Positions 36,397 to 45,378 of a stretch of DNA of 54,267 nt are shown here, piece after piece; position 1 is the stretch's first letter; every line of letters starts with the position of its first letter. The notes below the pieces were generated by a model, which saw only the letters and a program-made list of their open reading frames with translations, was not told the origin of the DNA and did not search any database. This DNA is from a virus (taxonomy: Duplodnaviria; Heunggongvirae; Uroviricota; Caudoviricetes), in the IMG/VR virus record IMGVR_UViG_3300042691_036629, positions 117,500-171,766 of that record. The stretch is one strand, 5' to 3'. The position numbers and the translations under genes are program-made.

Positions 36397-36798
36397 TTAA
36401 TTATTAGAATAATAATCTGAATCGCATTTTTTATATAGATCTTTAATCAGAGTTTCTTTTTTAGAATCCGTTATAGTATAATATAAAATACCGTCTTCAG
36501 ACTCTTCTTCAACTTCTAAATCAGTAGTATTTAACTTACCAACTTCAACAATAAACTTGATAACATTGGAATTTTTTTGAATAATGTGCTTTTCGAGTGG
36601 CGTTATATATTCAATTTCATCAATAATAGAACATATAAGCAAGATGTATTCATCTAAATTAAATGTTGATTTAACCAAATCACTAAAAGAATCTTTGGTT
36701 AGTACTATTTTGTTTTTAATTTTTAATTTATCATAAATAGATCTAACCATCTTAGGATTAGTAGATCTTATATATGAAATCAATACATCTAAATTCAT
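36397..36798 (-). CDS. Hypothetical protein
   Basis: TATATTTG at 36813-36820. Confidence 0.65.
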   Translation of the reverse strand: MNLDVLISYIRSTNPKMVRSIYDKLKIKNKIVLTKDSFSDLVKSTFNLDEYILLICSIIDEIEYITPLEKHIIQKNSNVIKFIVEVGKLNTTDLEVEEESEDGILYYTITDSKKETLIKDLYKKCDSDYYSNN

Positions 36799-36828
36799 TG
36801 TAAATATTTTTACAAATATAAAAAATAA

Positions 36829-37242
36829 TTAAATCTTACTACGTTTTATCTCACCATTATCAAAAAATATAGTAACAATCTCTTCAATACCAGTTATTGT
36901 TAAAATAGATCTTTCTAAGTCAAAATCAATTTTCTTTCTCTCATACAAATGAATAACATGAGATGGTTCTCCATTCTTGAATATGATTACACCAAACCAA
37001 CTATTATACCACTCACCCTTTGTTTCTAAGTTATAAACTTTATACTTATCTTCACCAACAGTAAATATTTTAAGTGGCTTATTTGTTAAGTCATAACAAA
37101 CTTTTGAAAATTGTGTTATGTTTGAGTAATCTTTTCTCTTTGAAAGATCAATAGTTACTCCTTTATTCATAAGTTGTTTTAAACTGAAAACTGTTTCATT
37201 TGGGTTTTCATTTTTAAATGAGTTAAAGTCTTTAATTAACAT
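36829..37242 (-). CDS. N-tag hypothetical protein
   Basis: MLIKDFNSFKNE; TAATATATA at 37265-37273. Confidence 0.75.
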   Translation of the reverse strand: MLIKDFNSFKNENPNETVFSLKQLMNKGVTIDLSKRKDYSNITQFSKVCYDLTNKPLKIFTVGEDKYKVYNLETKGEWYNSWFGVIIFKNGEPSHVIHLYERKKIDFDLERSILTITGIEEIVTIFFDNGEIKRSKI

Positions 37243-37270
37243 TTTAATTTAATATATTTTTTATTATATA

Positions 37271-37870
37271 TTAAATTCCCAACTTATTAAGTATGTTTTC
37301 ACGTTTTCTTTGAATAGATTTCCACTCTGGGCAATTATTTAACTCAGTAAGTGATCTAACTCCAAAGTAGTTAGCTATATTACTCTCAGTTCTTCTATTA
37401 CTATTTTCACCAATCAATTTATTACCAAAGTAGTAGTAAAATCTACCATCTTCTACTTCACATTTAGTAAAGAATGAAACTGTTTTTGAAAAGACTCTAT
37501 CAAGTTGATAATTCGTTTCATCGTCGTTAGCGAAAATACCAACAACAGCCATTATAAAAGCAATTGTATAAATAATCCAAATAAAAATATTAGCATCATT
37601 ATACTTATACTCTACAATGTTATTACCCTTTGTTAATTTGAGTGGTTTAGATTCACTTCTCATTTCTAAATCACCATCATCAAAATAAAAATAACAATGT
37701 GATCCTTCAATATTCAATTCTTTAACTACGTGAGTTACTTCTTTAACATCTGGTAATGAATTTAGTACCGGGTATAAAAGTATTAACAAACCAATAGCAA
37801 CTGTTTTAACTTTGTTTGTTTTAATAAAGTTTAATAAATAAACAAGTGGAAATAGAATAATATTTTTCAT
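37271..37870 (-). CDS. C-tag membrane protein, paralogue of 32056..32709
   Basis: TM helices; ends RENILNKLGI. Confidence 0.75.
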   Translation of the reverse strand: MKNIILFPLVYLLNFIKTNKVKTVAIGLLILLYPVLNSLPDVKEVTHVVKELNIEGSHCYFYFDDGDLEMRSESKPLKLTKGNNIVEYKYNDANIFIWIIYTIAFIMAVVGIFANDDETNYQLDRVFSKTVSFFTKCEVEDGRFYYYFGNKLIGENSNRRTESNIANYFGVRSLTELNNCPEWKSIQRKRENILNKLGI

Positions 37871-37874
37871 CTTT

Positions 37875-38123
37875 TTAAATTCCTAATATTTTTAATTTTT
37901 GTTCTCTTATAAAAGAGGTATAACTTCTAAGTGATCTTGGGCTAAATGCTTCACCAGTTAAATACTTAAAACTATCTCTTTTAGATTGTTTTATTATTTT
38001 TTTAGATGGTTCATCATAATCAACATAAACATAACCATCTTCTAATTCTCTAACAAAGCCACTTAAACCGAATTTATCGGAAAGTGGCATTATTATTACA
38101 ACTCGCTCCCCTACCTTAAACAT
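37875..38123 (-). CDS. C-tag protein, SH3-like (FKVGERV)
   Basis: Ends REQKLKILGI. Confidence 0.8.
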   Translation of the reverse strand: MFKVGERVVIIMPLSDKFGLSGFVRELEDGYVYVDYDEPSKKIIKQSKRDSFKYLTGEAFSPRSLRSYTSFIREQKLKILGI

Positions 38124-38126
38124 ATT

Positions 38127-39374
38127 TTAGTCGTTATCGTACCAACCTCCGTGTGTTGTTCTTGCTACTCTGGTTTCATCACCACAGATTGACTTAGTAT
38201 TTGTACAAAACTTACCATCAATATCAATATAACAAAGAGTATCCATATATGGTAATTTACCAGTTTTCACTTTGTTAAGAGGAACCTTAATTGTTGCTCT
38301 TTTTCTGATAGACCCATTACTGATGTATTGACCTGGCTCCATATCTTGATGTTCTTTATACCACCATCCATTTTCTTTCGCAAACTCTCTAAATAAGTTT
38401 ACATCAGAGTCATTTTTAGTGTAGATACGATCCATATAAGTTGCTTTCTCACCATCAATCTCACCGTGCCATAAGATAGCACGACCTTTGATTTTTTTAG
38501 AAGTGTATTTTTCATCTTTGATTGTACCTTCATCATCATAAAGAATAACCATTTGAACATTATCATTCTTAACATAAATGTTAAAGTAAGTTTTAGCAAC
38601 TTCAGCCATACAAGATGAGTTTAAAGTACCACCACCCTCAACATAGTTTTCTCTTTTATACCAGTGTTGAATTTCTTCATCTTGAACAATATCAAACTTC
38701 TTGAAAGCGTCTCCTAAAACGTCATAAGTTGATTTGTATAAGTTTACAAACTCTTCAATATTAGAATCAGTATATTCTTCTTTAAGTAAAGTTCTAACAA
38801 GACGACCAATTCTAATTGGGTTTCTTGATTTTGTGATCATACCAACGTGTACATCAATTGTGTTGTACCAAGGTGATATAGAACCAGAACAATCATCATT
38901 GAAATAATTTTCACCGTAGTATTGGTAATAATTTTGGTCGTATGGTCGAGTGGCTTGTTTGTTGATAACACCAACACGATCTCCATCTTTTTCTTTGAAT
39001 AAACAATAAGTTTTACCAGATTGTTTTGAAACAACTTCATTTAAAATCTCACCGATTGTCCCTTGTGGAATTTGGAAAGCTAAAGGTGACTCCATATCAA
39101 ATTCTAAAGCTCCAAATATTCTTCTATTTGAGTTTTTGAAAAGTAAGTTACCAGTTCCGGTAACAATATGATACACCTTTGTATCATTAAGTAATTCAGC
39201 CGCTTTTCTTTCAGTGGTGAAAATTAATCCATCATTAGTAGCACCAACATCAACATAGTTGTTTACTAATTCCATTTCAGTATTGGCGTTTGATAAAATC
39301 TCCATAGCGATTTTATTTCTACCCATTGCTCTTAAAACATTTGCAAATTTAATACTTATTCTAAGTTTACTCAT
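38127..39374 (-). CDS. Conserved phage protein, untagged paralogue of 34307..35500
   Basis: IRIGRLVR, WYKRENY, LNSSCM, GRAILW, MDRIYT; TATATTTG at 39395-39402. Confidence 0.85.
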   Translation of the reverse strand: MSKLRISIKFANVLRAMGRNKIAMEILSNANTEMELVNNYVDVGATNDGLIFTTERKAAELLNDTKVYHIVTGTGNLLFKNSNRRIFGALEFDMESPLAFQIPQGTIGEILNEVVSKQSGKTYCLFKEKDGDRVGVINKQATRPYDQNYYQYYGENYFNDDCSGSISPWYNTIDVHVGMITKSRNPIRIGRLVRTLLKEEYTDSNIEEFVNLYKSTYDVLGDAFKKFDIVQDEEIQHWYKRENYVEGGGTLNSSCMAEVAKTYFNIYVKNDNVQMVILYDDEGTIKDEKYTSKKIKGRAILWHGEIDGEKATYMDRIYTKNDSDVNLFREFAKENGWWYKEHQDMEPGQYISNGSIRKRATIKVPLNKVKTGKLPYMDTLCYIDIDGKFCTNTKSICGDETRVARTTHGGWYDND

Positions 39375-39414
39375 TGTTTGAATTTTTAATAATACAAATA
39401 TAATAATTATTTTC

Positions 39415-39963
39415 TTATTTGAAAATAGATTTTAATTTTTTTAATACAGAATTTATTTGTCTACCATTTTCGAATGGATACATGAACTTACCAATTGGTT
39501 CTTGTGTAGTGAAAAGTACTTTTGTGAAGAAACCATCAGTGAAGAAACGAGACTTACAAGCTTCAAGTATCTCACTACATTTTTCTTCTGATGTTATTAA
39601 TCCACAGTTCCAAGATCCATCAGGTCTTTTTTCTAAAAGAACATATGGGTGTTGGAATATAGGGTGCATTAAAACATCACCTTTTTTATACTCAGATGGA
39701 ACATTTTTCTTAGGAGTTGGTTGGAATGATCCTTGAGTTGATTTTGGAGTAACCATTTCATCTAAAACTTTTAGTACCTCAGTTTGATTTACAGGTAAAC
39801 CTTTTAGTTTTTCTAATAGGTATTCTCTATCGTCCTTTGGTAATGACCTTACCCAAGTAACAAATTTTTCTTTAGTGAAGTCAGCATTTTTAGTAATTAG
39901 GTTGATAAACGTCTTTAAAGGAATACCTACATTTTTTAATTTTTCTTCTGAGATCATAACCAT
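39415..39963 (-). CDS. Hypothetical protein (start re-called at ATG 39963)
   Basis: ORF-track start lies inside the promoter box at 39976-39983. Confidence 0.75.
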   Translation of the reverse strand: MVMISEEKLKNVGIPLKTFINLITKNADFTKEKFVTWVRSLPKDDREYLLEKLKGLPVNQTEVLKVLDEMVTPKSTQGSFQPTPKKNVPSEYKKGDVLMHPIFQHPYVLLEKRPDGSWNCGLITSEEKCSEILEACKSRFFTDGFFTKVLFTTQEPIGKFMYPFENGRQINSVLKKLKSIFK

Positions 39964-39975
39964 ATTTTTGTTTAA

Positions 39976-40006
39976 CAAATATAGTAAAAATATTTATTAT
40001 AACAAA
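39976..40006 (-). promoter_or_regulatory. Bacteroidota sigma-A-type promoter
   Basis: TTTG-N19-TATATTTG. Confidence 0.75.
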
Positions 40007-40008
40007 TT

Positions 40009-40230
40009 TTATTCATCATTAGAAATTTTGATAACTTGTCTTATAGTTGATACAGTTGTTCCAAAGACACCAAAAAGTGTTAAAATCTTTTTATAGTTAA
40101 AAGTATTACTTGGGTGGTTAACATCTAACCAACCACCTAAAATGCTACATAAATAAATGGTTAAACCCATTTGTAATCCCATTGTTGTAAATCTTAACCA
40201 AAGAGATTTATTATTATTTTTTTGACTCAT
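40009..40230 (-). CDS. AtpZ/AtpI family membrane protein
   Basis: LRFTTMGLQMGLTI...LGGWLD...TLFGVF; resembles the first gene of Bacteroidota atp operons. Confidence 0.7.
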   Translation of the reverse strand: MSQKNNNKSLWLRFTTMGLQMGLTIYLCSILGGWLDVNHPSNTFNYKKILTLFGVFGTTVSTIRQVIKISNDE

Positions 40231-40672
40231 ATATTTTATCTATATTATTTGGATTTAATGAAGCTTCAACTGCTAACTTATCACACATTTCATTTTCAAT
40301 GTGACCATTGTGACCTTTAACCCAGTGATATGTTATATTAAATTTTTTAGAAACTTCTAAAAATCTTTTCCACAAATCTTCGTTCTTTTTACCACCAAAG
40401 TTTGGTTTAGTTACCCAACTATTAACCCATCCTTTTGTTATTGAATCAATAACATATTTTGAGTCTGAGTATATTTCAATTGGATAAGTATCAACTGTTA
40501 CTTTTTCTAAAGCAACAATAACGGCTAACAACTCCATTCGGTTATTGGTTGTTAGTCTAAATCCTTCTGAAATAGTTTTTTGTTTATCATTAAACTTCAT
40601 TACTATTCCATATCCGCCTTTCCCAGGGTTACCAGAGCAAGCGCCATCTGTATAAATTTGAATAATTTTCAT
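40214..40672 (-). CDS. rnhA: Ribonuclease HI
   Basis: YTDGACSGNPG, TTNNRMELLAVI, YSDSKYV, KNEDLW, WVKGHNGH..NE.CDKLA. Confidence 0.95.
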   Translation of the reverse strand: MKIIQIYTDGACSGNPGKGGYGIVMKFNDKQKTISEGFRLTTNNRMELLAVIVALEKVTVDTYPIEIYSDSKYVIDSITKGWVNSWVTKPNFGGKKNEDLWKRFLEVSKKFNITYHWVKGHNGHIENEMCDKLAVEASLNPNNIDKIYESKK

Positions 40673-40711
40673 AAAGCAAATATAAAATAATTTTTTAATA
40701 TATACAATATT

Positions 40712-41605
40712 ATGAAGAATATAAAAAAGTTTAATGAGTTTGTAGATTTACAAAATGAGGGAGTTAAAGACTGGGTAGCTGGTGCTGGACTTTTAGCATC
40801 TACACTTTTGCCTAATAAAGCAACTGCCGGTGTTGAACCTGGTGATACTTTACATAAAGTTACTAAAAGTAAAAGTGAGATGGAACAATTGGTTAAATAT
40901 AACCATTGGACTTTAGACTCAACAAAGGTTGATACTTTATATCAAATAATAAAAAAGAAAGCTCCTGAGACTAAAATCTATTCAGATACTATCACTTTTG
41001 GAGTTGATGGTGAATTATTTTTAACTGGTAAGTTTGAGTTGAATAGTACTGTTATTAGTGGTATAATGGATGATATAAATAGTATTGGTGAGAAGGGTGG
41101 TACTATAACAGACTTTCAAATTGAATCATCAACTGATAAAGAGCCAATTAAAATGGGTAATGATGTACTCGCTCAAAAAAGAGCTGATGTCATTAAAAAT
41201 GAATTAATTAAGAATGGAGTAGATCCGAGTCTCATTTCTATTCAGACATTACCAGAACAAGGTCCTGATTTATATAAATCTGGTATGAATTCTGATGAAA
41301 GAGTTGAGGCTAGAAAAAAAACATCCGAGTTTAGATATGTTAAAGTAAGAATAGTTTATATTTTAAATGGTGATGTTGATTTACCTGCTGAATATGATAC
41401 TATTATGAATAGTAAAAAGACTTATTATTTAAGTAAACCTGTTACGGTTGGTACTATAAAGCCAAGAAGGCTTAAAAATCATTTTAAAAAGACTACTGTT
41501 AGTTTACCGATTAAAAATACAAAAAGAAGTAATGGTAGAACTGATTGTCCAGACTGGGGTGGTAAAAAAGGATGGTGGAATAGTAAAAAACTTGGATACG
41601 AATAG
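40712..41605 (+). CDS. N-tag protein with signal-peptide-like segment and OmpA-C-like domain
   Basis: MKNIKKFNEF...NE-GVKDWVAGAGLLASTLLPNKATA; N..LAQKRADVIKNELI..GV...RYVKVRI. Confidence 0.7.
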   Translation: MKNIKKFNEFVDLQNEGVKDWVAGAGLLASTLLPNKATAGVEPGDTLHKVTKSKSEMEQLVKYNHWTLDSTKVDTLYQIIKKKAPETKIYSDTITFGVDGELFLTGKFELNSTVISGIMDDINSIGEKGGTITDFQIESSTDKEPIKMGNDVLAQKRADVIKNELIKNGVDPSLISIQTLPEQGPDLYKSGMNSDERVEARKKTSEFRYVKVRIVYILNGDVDLPAEYDTIMNSKKTYYLSKPVTVGTIKPRRLKNHFKKTTVSLPIKNTKRSNGRTDCPDWGGKKGWWNSKKLGYE

Positions 41606-41613
41606 TATCCAAT

Positions 41614-42069
41614 TTATTTAAAGTTCATAGTTGATAATACTTCATACATTTTAATCATTTTACCATTAAAACCTTTTGTTTCTCTAAGTATTTTAGAAGA
41701 AGATCCTACAAATTTATATTTAGGTGATATTAAAATTTTATTATGTTTCTCTGAAGATTTCCAAGATTTTATAATTTCTATCGCTAAGATTGAATCTACA
41801 TCTTTCTCATTTATATCAATTTTGACAACTACTCTATTAACAACTTCGGCTCGAATAAAATTTTCTGAGTGAAAAATTGTATTCTTCACTATCAACATTG
41901 AGTCTGTATTCTTTTCAGAAACATTAAAACAATCTTTAGTAAAAGAAACTGGTTGTAAATTTAAAGAAGTTCGGTAAGAGTTTAGTTCTTTCAACACTAA
42001 ACTATCTAATCTGGTTTGTGAGTAAACTACCTGAGTTAACAACAACAATATGTATAAAATCTTTTTCAT
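41614..42069 (-). CDS. Secreted CAP/SCP-domain protein
   Basis: Signal peptide; LKELNSYR...HSEN...SWKSS.KHNKIL. Confidence 0.75.
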   Translation of the reverse strand: MKKILYILLLLTQVVYSQTRLDSLVLKELNSYRTSLNLQPVSFTKDCFNVSEKNTDSMLIVKNTIFHSENFIRAEVVNRVVVKIDINEKDVDSILAIEIIKSWKSSEKHNKILISPKYKFVGSSSKILRETKGFNGKMIKMYEVLSTMNFK

Positions 42070-42073
42070 ATAT

Positions 42074-42104
42074 CAAATATAATAAAAAATTTTTAGTTTA
42101 CAAA
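42074..42104 (-). promoter_or_regulatory. Bacteroidota sigma-A-type promoter
   Basis: TTTG-N19-TATATTTG. Confidence 0.75.
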
Positions 42105-42443
42105 TTATTTCCAAAATATTTGAATTCCTAATATCAGTGCTGATAAGAAAAGACAAACTCCTGTTTTTAATGTTATACCTTCCCCAAAAAGTATTATTGA
42201 TAAAACTGAGAAGACTATTATTCCAATTGAAAAGCCTATTAATCTACTAGGCCATATTTGACCATCACCCCAAGCAACTAAATTTTTAACAGACATCATA
42301 AATACCCAAGAGATAGGTGCTCCCATCATTAGAACCCAAAATTTATGATCTTGTAAAAATTGATATTTTAAACTTCCTTGTATTTGAAAAAATATTAAAA
42401 TTTGTGCTATCGTTCCCCAAAAAATCCCCCAAAATAAATTCAT
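42105..42443 (-). CDS. Four-TM small membrane protein (DMT/SMR-like topology)
   Basis: Four hydrophobic helices in 112 aa; TAATATATA 4 nt before ATG. Confidence 0.7.
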   Translation of the reverse strand: MNLFWGIFWGTIAQILIFFQIQGSLKYQFLQDHKFWVLMMGAPISWVFMMSVKNLVAWGDGQIWPSRLIGFSIGIIVFSVLSIILFGEGITLKTGVCLFLSALILGIQIFWK

Positions 42444-42453
42444 TAGTTATATA

Positions 42454-43212
42454 TTAATTTTTAGTTTTTATTCTTTCAGCTGCTCTTTTATAAGCGTTTA
42501 ATTCATTTTGTAAAGATTCTCTATCTTTATGATTTCTTGGTAGTTTATCTAATTGTTCTTGTCTTAACTTAATCTTTTCATTTAGTTTATCTAAACGAGG
42601 ATTACCCGTAGTTGTTTCTTGTTTAGGTTGAGATCTTTTTTGTTCTTGATTATGTTCTCTTTTATAATCATTATACTTTTTGTCCCAATCATATTGGTTA
42701 TATGTTCTATAATTGTTGTTGGATGGTCTTCTTTGTGAATTTCTAGCGATATCCAAGAATATATTTAATACTCTATGGTATTGTTGAGAATTTAATTTAT
42801 AAATTCCAAGTGTACTACCAATTCGATCACTCAAAATGATAAAATTATTTAATGAACCTGAGGATAATTTAAGTCTATAACCATTTTCGAATTTATAATA
42901 AATTAGATCGCTAGTAATAATATTGATTTTATCACTATATGGATTAGCATTAAAGTCTTTAACTAATAAGTTGATTATCTTATTAGACTTTCTTTCGTCT
43001 TCATCTGATTTTTCTCTTTGACGGTTTTTATAATCTCTATAAGATTTATCAAAATCCTCATACGGATCACTGTTATATTCATAAGAATTGAAACTGTTTC
43101 TATACTTACTCTCCTTTTTATTACTCTCTTTTTCCTCAGGTTCACTTTCCAAATAATTGGTTATTAAAATAAACACTGATAATATTATAATAACAAAAAT
43201 TATAAATTCCAT
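42454..43212 (-). CDS. Membrane-anchored hypothetical protein
   Basis: N-terminal TM helix; charged coiled C-terminus. Confidence 0.75.
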   Translation of the reverse strand: MEFIIFVIIILSVFILITNYLESEPEEKESNKKESKYRNSFNSYEYNSDPYEDFDKSYRDYKNRQREKSDEDERKSNKIINLLVKDFNANPYSDKINIITSDLIYYKFENGYRLKLSSGSLNNFIILSDRIGSTLGIYKLNSQQYHRVLNIFLDIARNSQRRPSNNNYRTYNQYDWDKKYNDYKREHNQEQKRSQPKQETTTGNPRLDKLNEKIKLRQEQLDKLPRNHKDRESLQNELNAYKRAAERIKTKN

Positions 43213-43266
43213 AATAATATTTTTTTACAAAAATAAAAAAAGATTTTAATTTTTAATATATAAACT

Positions 43267-43920
43267 ATGAGAAAAATTAAACTATTTAGTGAATTTTTAA
43301 AAGAGAGTTTAGAAATTCCGGTTGAGTATATTGACTTTGTTCAAATGTTGAAAGATCATGGTATTGATACAGATTTATATGGTACTGGTACTTATAAAAC
43401 AATTGGACATCTTTGGCAAGAAATAAAAGAAGGTGAAACTGATTTAACTGATGAAAATGGTCAGTTGATGAGAAAAGTACAATTTGTCGGTGCTAGAATT
43501 CTTTATAAGAAAGATGGTGGTTGGTTAAGACTTTATGAAGAGAAACAACTATTCAAAGATGGTAGAGAAAGAAGAAGAACTCACATGCCTTATTCGGCAG
43601 CTGAAAAGTTTAAAGCTGGTGAAGATCCAAAAGAAGTAATCATCAGAGGTATGAAAGAAGAATTGGGTATTGATATAACTAAAGATCAATTTGCTTTTTA
43701 TAATAAGAAAGAAATACAGAATGATGATGATTATCCTGGGATTATTTCGACTCATACTGGTTATGAATTCTTAGTTATATTAAATGATAGTCAATATATA
43801 GAAGAAGGTTACATAGAAAGACAAAAAGACAAAGATGTTTATTTTACTTGGAGACCAGTTGAGAAATCATTAAAAGAATCAAAATTATTTTTAGTATTAG
43901 AAAAATATAATAAATTATGA
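43267..43920 (+). CDS. N-tag NUDIX-like hydrolase
   Basis: MRKIKLFSEFLKES; degenerate Nudix box GEDPKEVIIRGMKEELGI; TAATATATA 4 nt before ATG. Confidence 0.75.
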   Translation: MRKIKLFSEFLKESLEIPVEYIDFVQMLKDHGIDTDLYGTGTYKTIGHLWQEIKEGETDLTDENGQLMRKVQFVGARILYKKDGGWLRLYEEKQLFKDGRERRRTHMPYSAAEKFKAGEDPKEVIIRGMKEELGIDITKDQFAFYNKKEIQNDDDYPGIISTHTGYEFLVILNDSQYIEEGYIERQKDKDVYFTWRPVEKSLKESKLFLVLEKYNKL

Positions 43921-44255
43921 AAAAATTTTCCGAAATAAATGAAGCTAAATTCTTTTCAGCGGATCCAAGTATTATTAAAAAATACGCTGCTAGAATAATA
44001 CCATTTTACATAACTGGTGAGTTAGTTTGTAAAGATACAAAGTTAATTGATGAGTGGTTAGAGATGAATAAAAATAATCAAAAACATCAAAATGAGAATA
44101 TTGTTTGTGATTTGGAGATAATGGCAGTTAAAGCTGTTTTGGATTATAGTCCTTTAACTCAAAGTGGATATAGTGTTTTATTTAATGAAATAGATAATAA
44201 ATGTCCTAAATTAGAAAGATTTATAAGAAATTTAGTAATCAACTTTAAAAAATAG
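43917..44255 (+). CDS. N-tag hypothetical protein
   Basis: MKKFSEINEA; coupled to upstream gene. Confidence 0.7.
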   Translation: MKKFSEINEAKFFSADPSIIKKYAARIIPFYITGELVCKDTKLIDEWLEMNKNNQKHQNENIVCDLEIMAVKAVLDYSPLTQSGYSVLFNEIDNKCPKLERFIRNLVINFKK

Positions 44256-44318
44256 TTTGGATTTTTTATATTAAGAAATTATTATTTCTGATATATACCT
44301 TTAAAAAAATCCAAACAA

Positions 44319-44619
44319 ATGAAGTACAATCGACCTTAATAAGGTTTCACTTAACGACTTAAATCTTGTCGGTGGTAAAAACGCATCTCTTGGTGAGATG
44401 ATTCAAAATCTAAAGACGTTGGGAATAAAAGTTCCTAATGGTTTCGCAATTACAACAGACGCATACCACGATTTTATCAAGTATAATAAACTTGATGAAA
44501 AAATAACTAATCTTGTTTCTGATATAGATGATAGTGATATCAACTTACTTAGAAAAACTGGATTAGAAGTAAGACAATTAAGTTCCTCTTTTTTTATTCT
44601 TCTACTTTTTCAATTATAG
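44319..44619 (+). pseudogene. ppsA: 5' remnant of phosphoenolpyruvate synthase
   Basis: VGGKNASLGEMIQNL..LGIKVPNGFAIT; out of frame with ATG 44319 and truncated after about 95 codons. Confidence 0.8.
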
Positions 44620-44794
44620 TCATTAAATTATATTCTCTTGAATCTCTTCTCGAATCTTCATATGAATCATATGTTTTGTCTTTGGTAGATGTATATATGA
44701 ATGTTCTTTTTATAGATATTGCTTGTCTTTTCGTATCATACATACCTAACTCTAAAATTGGGTCTAAACCATTATCATAATAAACTCTCCACAT
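44594..44794 (-). CDS. Hypothetical protein with weak C-tag
   Basis: Ends REYNLMTIIEKVEE. Confidence 0.6.
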   Translation of the reverse strand: MWRVYYDNGLDPILELGMYDTKRQAISIKRTFIYTSTKDKTYDSYEDSRRDSREYNLMTIIEKVEE

Positions 44795-44869
44795 AAAAAC
44801 TTTTTTACTTTATACTATATATTTAAAGAAAATATTACTATATTTACATGTTAAATTAATATATAGATT

Positions 44870-45160
44870 ATGATTAATTGGGATAATTATAAGATTGGTC
44901 AAGAACTAAATCTTAAAATAGTAGCCACTAATTCAGTAGCAAACTTAAAAGTTAAAATATCTGATTTTGAATGGGCACCTAATAGAACATTACATCTTTC
45001 TGATGTAGAAGTTATTGAATCTGATGTGGAAGATTATCACACAGGTGACTTGTTAAGACTACCGATGATAGTAAAAGATGAATGTTTTAAATTCTTAGTA
45101 GTAACGCACTATAAATCTTACAAAGAAGTAGTAAAAGAAGGATCAATTTGTTTAAACTAA
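44870..45160 (+). CDS. Hypothetical protein
   Basis: TAATATATA 4 nt before ATG. Confidence 0.7.
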   Translation: MINWDNYKIGQELNLKIVATNSVANLKVKISDFEWAPNRTLHLSDVEVIESDVEDYHTGDLLRLPMIVKDECFKFLVVTHYKSYKEVVKEGSICLN

Positions 45161-45378
45161 TCCTTTTTTAAAATTTTATTAAGTTTCCATTCTCTAAGTG
45201 CGGCTGGAACTTTTGAATAATAATTTTCATGTATAGAAAATGTTAGGTTTTCTTTACCATTCTTTATGGTTATAAAATAAACATCACCTATTCTATTTTC
45301 TCGTATAAGTTCATAATCAAAGAAGTTAATATAAACCTCTTCGATTTCTCCATAAACACTTATTCTAAACTTATCCAT
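45157..45378 (-). CDS. C-tag hypothetical protein
   Basis: Ends REWKLNKILKKD. Confidence 0.75.
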   Translation of the reverse strand: MDKFRISVYGEIEEVYINFFDYELIRENRIGDVYFITIKNGKENLTFSIHENYYSKVPAALREWKLNKILKKD

